Assembly: GCA_037969075.1 (NCBI GenBank) | Contig: JBBKWS010000123.1 | Coordinates: 1-58,575, forward strand | Reading direction: 5' to 3' | DNA length: 58,575 nucleotides | DNA from: Bdellovibrionales bacterium | GTDB lineage: Bacteria; Bdellovibrionota; Bdellovibrionia; Bdellovibrionales; UBA840 | Part shown: positions 55,108 through 58,575 of the stretch, one piece after another | Layout: each line of letters opens with the position of its first letter | Position numbering within the stretch: position 1 is the first letter of the stretch | Made by a program: the position numbers and the translations under genes | Notes under the pieces: generated by a model | The model's database searches: none | Seen by the model: only the letters and a program-made list of their open reading frames with translations | Told to the model about the DNA's origin: nothing

Positions 55108-55823
55108 AGGTATTATCTGCAAATCAAGTTATTTTAGATGCCATACAGTTTTTAAGAAATCATGAAACGAAGATTGCTGTGATTGATTTAGATTCTACTC
55201 TTTATAATGTTTCAGGTAGACAAATTAAGATTTTTAAAGAATTCGCAAATGATAAAAAGTTTCAAACCCTATTTCCTAATGAGACGGCCGCTCTAAAATC
55301 TATAAGTGGCGATAATATGGCATACTACCCAGTGGACTGCCTTAAGCAGATTGGACTTACAGAAATACATAAAGACTTCTCTTCGGTGTACCATGAGTTT
55401 TGGAGCCCAAAGTTTTTTTCAAATGAATATTTGATTTATGATCAAATCGAAACAGGTGCTCTTGCGTTTATGGAAAAACTTGAATCGCACGGATGCAAGA
55501 TTGTTTATTTGACGGGGAGAGATGTTGGCCGCATGGGCCCTGGAACTAAAGAGCAGTTACTTAGAGACATGGCTCTGACTGCAGGAAGAGATTTGATTCT
55601 TAAGCCGCACCTTAGTGAGGACGACCACAGCTTTAAGTTACGTATAGTGCATGATCTCTGTAAAGATCAGGCTGGCCTTGTGTTTATTGATAATGAAGCT
55701 AACAATTTAAATCATATCTATTTAGAAGGCTTACCGGTCTGGTGTGTTTTTTTTGATACTGTGCATTCAGGAAAAGCCGAGCCCCTTGAAGCGTTAGACG
55801 TAATGCGGTCTTTCGTCCTGTAA
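55104..55823 (+). CDS. HAD-superfamily hydrolase/phosphatase-like protein
   Basis: Motif I is VIDLDSTLY (DxDxT), there is a later LTGR block (motif II-like), and FIDNEANN (motif IV-like). Length is 239 aa. Confidence 0.6.
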   Translation: MKVLSANQVILDAIQFLRNHETKIAVIDLDSTLYNVSGRQIKIFKEFANDKKFQTLFPNETAALKSISGDNMAYYPVDCLKQIGLTEIHKDFSSVYHEFWSPKFFSNEYLIYDQIETGALAFMEKLESHGCKIVYLTGRDVGRMGPGTKEQLLRDMALTAGRDLILKPHLSEDDHSFKLRIVHDLCKDQAGLVFIDNEANNLNHIYLEGLPVWCVFFDTVHSGKAEPLEALDVMRSFVL

Positions 55824-55863
55824 AAATAATTTACATAATATACTACTTATAAAAATACATCCA

Positions 55864-55901
55864 AAGGTCTTAAGACCTTCATCGCTAGATCCGATGAAGG
55901 T
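55864..55901 (+). promoter_or_regulatory. Two overlapping, mutually exclusive hairpins in the leader of the PilZ gene
   Basis: Hairpin A is the perfect 16-nt palindrome AAGGTCTTAAGACCTT (55864-55879). Hairpin B is a 10-bp stem ACCTTCATCG / CGATGAAGGT (55875-55884 with 55892-55901). B covers the GAAGG RBS 3 nt before the GTG start at 55904. Confidence 0.5.
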
Positions 55902-55903
55902 AT

Positions 55904-56638
55904 GTGCAAAAGTTTTTTTATTTATCTAAAAACAGAGAGACCTTGGGCCCGTTCAGTGTGGAGCGCATCCATACTATGCTTGCTAGTGGGCAATTGCAGG
56001 CAACTGATTATGTCTATTTAGAAGAGATCCAAGACTGGGTGTCTTTATTAGAGTTTTTGCCAGAGAAGGCACAAGCCAAGATAATTAAAGCTAAAACAGA
56101 CGCCACCTCTATCGATGAAAATGATTGGTTTATATTAAAAGATCATAAGCGCTTTGGTCCCTATGCCTTTTTAGAGGTTGTTACCATGCTCCAAGACCAA
56201 TCAGTCAAAGAGTACGACTATATTTGGAACTCGACCATGTCTGAGTGGCAAAAGGTTGCCGATGTAAAAGAATTTTCTCAAAACACTTTAAAATCTGTAA
56301 CTCTTAAAAATTCAGCTCCAAAGGTGCGCAGACGTTATCCAAGGATATCATTAGGCGCATCACTTATGGTTCATAATGATAGACAAGTTTGGAAAGGCGC
56401 TAGCTTAGAGATTAGTGAGGGCGGCTGTAAAATAACAATGCCCACTTCGCAATTACAGGTCGGCGAATCTTTAACGATATTGTTCAAACCCAATCATCTT
56501 CTCCCGCCTTTTCATGCGAGCTGTGAAATAGTTAGTAAAGAGGATAAGGGGCAAATCATCCATTACGGACTTAAGTTTTTACATGTTGAAAAACAGGTAA
56601 AAAAATTCATTAAACAAATCGCAAAAAAAGCAGCGTAG
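55904..56638 (+). CDS. GYF_2 - GYF_2 - PilZ domain protein (putative c-di-GMP receptor)
   Basis: Two GYF_2-like modules (FFYLSKNRETLGPFSVERI...DWVSL; WFILKDHKRFGPYAFLEVV...EWQKV). The PilZ part has RRRYPR (RxxxR) and LEISEGGCKI (D/N-x-S-x-x-G-like). GTG start. Confidence 0.75.
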   Translation: MQKFFYLSKNRETLGPFSVERIHTMLASGQLQATDYVYLEEIQDWVSLLEFLPEKAQAKIIKAKTDATSIDENDWFILKDHKRFGPYAFLEVVTMLQDQSVKEYDYIWNSTMSEWQKVADVKEFSQNTLKSVTLKNSAPKVRRRYPRISLGASLMVHNDRQVWKGASLEISEGGCKITMPTSQLQVGESLTILFKPNHLLPPFHASCEIVSKEDKGQIIHYGLKFLHVEKQVKKFIKQIAKKAA

Positions 56639-56653
56639 GGCTTTGGGGGACAT

Positions 56654-57583
56654 TTGTTAAAACAATTTTTCAAATGCATAGTATTAGCCTCCCTACTTAT
56701 TTCTTGTTCTGATGGATCTAAGGACTCTACATTTGGATCATCGAATGTTGGTAAAGAGCAATTTGCTGGTTATGGCACTAAATTAGATATCCTTTGGGTT
56801 ATTGATAATTCAGTAGACACTAAAAATAAAAAAGCACAAATCGCTGACAAAATGGATTCTTTCTTCTCTAAGATTGTTACCTTAGGGTTAGATTTTCATG
56901 TGGCAGCAATCACAACAGACTCAGCAGCTCAAAATGAATTGGGACACTTCATAGGGAATCCAAATATTTTAGACCGTGAAACTTGGAACTTACAAAGTGC
57001 ATTTTCGCAATTAGTACAACCCATAGAAAATATAGTAACTGTAAATACTGGCTTTGATGCGATCCTAAGTGCTTTAAGTTGGGAAAAGCTGATGACAGTA
57101 AATAAAAATTTTTTACGAGAAGATGCGCTTTTAGTAGTGATCTTTGTTAGTGATAAAGAGGATGCGAGTGTATCAGATCTACAAGAGGTTGAAGCAACAT
57201 TAAATCGATTAAAACCATCAGACAAAAAACAAGGTTGGATATTTCATTCGATTTCACCGAATGAGGCGGGGTGTGGTAAATCTATTGCCACAAAAGTGAA
57301 GCAACTAGCAATAATATCAAACGGTATTAACTCTGATTATTGTGACTCTACAGAAAGTTCTCTTTTAAATATCAGAGATGCAAGTATTGAAGTGGTCACC
57401 GAGATTCCGCTGCTAGTTTCAACAAATGTCGATACGGTATCTATAGCAGTTAACAGTGTCTTGGTACCAAGGGACGTAAATAACGGTTGGAGCTACTATG
57501 CTGCCAACCATTCAATAAGATTTTATGGTTCAGCGGTTCCGGCAGCGGATACAATTATAAAATTGACTCAGTCACCTAGGTAG
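56654..57583 (+). CDS. Lipoprotein with vWA-like domain (degenerate MIDAS)
   Basis: The leader CIVLASLLISC has a lipobox. LDILWVIDNSVDT and LLVVIFVSDKED resemble vWA beta1 and beta4 strands. TTG start. The family call is tentative. Confidence 0.45.
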   Translation: MLKQFFKCIVLASLLISCSDGSKDSTFGSSNVGKEQFAGYGTKLDILWVIDNSVDTKNKKAQIADKMDSFFSKIVTLGLDFHVAAITTDSAAQNELGHFIGNPNILDRETWNLQSAFSQLVQPIENIVTVNTGFDAILSALSWEKLMTVNKNFLREDALLVVIFVSDKEDASVSDLQEVEATLNRLKPSDKKQGWIFHSISPNEAGCGKSIATKVKQLAIISNGINSDYCDSTESSLLNIRDASIEVVTEIPLLVSTNVDTVSIAVNSVLVPRDVNNGWSYYAANHSIRFYGSAVPAADTIIKLTQSPR

Positions 57584-58343
57584 CATTAAGAGCGAAACAT
57601 AATTTTTCTACACTATCTACAAACTTTGGCGTCAGCCTACTAAAGTCATCCGCATCTATTATTTTTATTTTTGCAGTAGGGTTCATTGATTGCCAGTAGC
57701 TTTCAATTTTTGCCTGACCTTGTTTTTTAATTACATCAGACATCACAAATATATAATTGGCTTTTGTGTTAGTGGATTGTTCTTTGCTCCAAATGGGGTA
57801 GCCCTTGGTTTGAACAATATTTTTTAATCCGCAATGGGCAAGAGCATCATCAATAAAAGTATTTTTACCTGCCACGTAGATCGGTGAAAAATCAATTTGT
57901 AAAAGGTAGGTTAGATTTTTTAGTTGAGGGAGCGCAGAGATTTGCTGTTCAATTTGTTCGATAGCTGTTGTTTTAGCTTCAGGAAATTTTGTTTTAAGTA
58001 ATTTTAAATTGTCTATTAAGTCGGCAAGTTTTTGATTTTTTAAAACAACAAGCTCAATGCCTAATTGTTTTAATTTTGGTGTTAATGCGGTAAAGCCCAA
58101 ATCATAGGCTACTACATGGGAGATTTTTTGTTGTACCAACTTTTCATAATCTACGACTAGACCATTGCTACTGATTTCTGTGTTAGTAAGATTTGGGATT
58201 TTATGAGAGAGAGTATCAGTTGCAACAACGATTTTGTTTAGATTTAAGGCAATAAGTAGCTGGCTGCTAGCAGGATCAAGACTGGCGATGCGAAGTTCAG
58301 AGCAAAAAACTTGCGAGTAGTATAAAAAAATAATCATGAACAT
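57576..58343 (-). CDS. ABC-transporter periplasmic binding protein, BtuF/TroA-like (cobalamin or iron-chelate type)
   Basis: RIASLDPASSQLLIALNL...VVATD, ISHVVAY, QLGIELVVL and a central helical backbone follow the Peripla_BP_2 pattern. No cognate permease or ATPase is visible in the window. Confidence 0.6.
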   Translation of the reverse strand: MFMIIFLYYSQVFCSELRIASLDPASSQLLIALNLNKIVVATDTLSHKIPNLTNTEISSNGLVVDYEKLVQQKISHVVAYDLGFTALTPKLKQLGIELVVLKNQKLADLIDNLKLLKTKFPEAKTTAIEQIEQQISALPQLKNLTYLLQIDFSPIYVAGKNTFIDDALAHCGLKNIVQTKGYPIWSKEQSTNTKANYIFVMSDVIKKQGQAKIESYWQSMNPTAKIKIIDADDFSRLTPKFVDSVEKLCFALNAT

Positions 58344-58500
58344 GCTAAAAATCCTCTTTTGCCATCATCTCTAGCTTAAGAAATACATAATGACAAGATG
58401 ATGCAAAATGTTAGTAGCGGCTAATTGAAAAGATTATGATAATATTGCCTAGATATATCAATGAATTAGCGATAGATTCTTTGCCATATAGTGAGGAAAT

Positions 58501-58575
58501 ATGTCTGTATTGTCGAACCAAAATACGGGGACGAATGTCTCTGAATCTGATGTAAACCAGTTGCTTTTTACTGGT
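58501..58575 (+). CDS. Possible 5' end of a gene leaving the window
   Basis: ATG at 58501 preceded by GAGGA. The frame is open for 25 codons (MSVLSNQNTGTNVSESDVNQLLFTG) to the window edge. Too short to classify. Confidence 0.3.
   Translation, partial: MSVLSNQNTGTNVSESDVNQLLFTG

Noticed and set aside
58344-58500. Possible cobalamin riboswitch upstream of the BtuF-like binding-protein gene
   Set aside because: The leader is AT-rich and lacks a B12-box-like GCCACTG core or the GC-rich helices expected. Only an 8-bp inverted repeat (CATCATCT at 58363-58370 and AGATGATG at 58396-58403) is present. That could be an operator but is too short to call.
1-58575. Search for CRISPR arrays, IS elements/transposases, integrases, phage genes, toxin-antitoxin pairs, tRNA/rRNA genes and known defence-system signatures
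   Set aside because: I recognised none. The intergenic spacers are short (mostly under 160 bp) and lack tRNA-like cloverleaf potential or direct-repeat arrays. The only helicase-nuclease pair carries the specific AddB Fe-S and AddA motifs, so it is read as AddAB repair machinery and not a defence module.

Overview
This is an AT-rich chromosomal segment, very roughly high-30s % GC by eye (not computed), from a diderm (Gram-negative-type) bacterium. It is densely packed: about 53 protein-coding genes, many with overlapping start/stop codons. I recognised no rRNA, tRNA, CRISPR array, transposase, integrase or phage gene. The gene content includes a PEGA-tailed Ser/Thr kinase, GYF_2 and PilZ proteins, many relaxed-lipobox lipoproteins, many small beta-barrel outer-membrane proteins (OMPs) and a long MlaD. 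That mix resembles Bdellovibrionota/Oligoflexia-like lineages, but the taxon cannot be fixed without a database search.

The housekeeping blocks I recognise with confidence are:
- valS, followed by a probable RNase R 5' end
- pabA-pabB-pabC, then ddl-ftsQ-ftsA-ftsZ, then lpxH
- nadK-recN plus a 2OG-Fe(II) oxygenase
- an acyl-CoA ligase, a Ser/Thr kinase and coaE
- addB-addA
- nadB

The regions most worth a second look are:
1. A 12-gene translationally coupled unit (43.4-55.8 kb). It joins a histidine kinase and a REC-GGDEF cyclase to alanine racemase, a minimal MlaEFD transporter with a long MlaD, a GYF_2-TM-TPR protein, a lipoprotein, a class IV aminotransferase, CysE, a small membrane protein and a HAD hydrolase. 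A GYF_2-GYF_2-PilZ receptor gene follows immediately.
2. A cluster of three diverged paralogous FadL/PorV-like OMPs around a Cys-rich lipoprotein (29.3-33.6 kb).
3. A 1361-aa all-helical lipoprotein of unknown function paired with a small OMP (19.4-24.3 kb).

All functional links are inference from sequence motifs and gene order. No homology search could be run.
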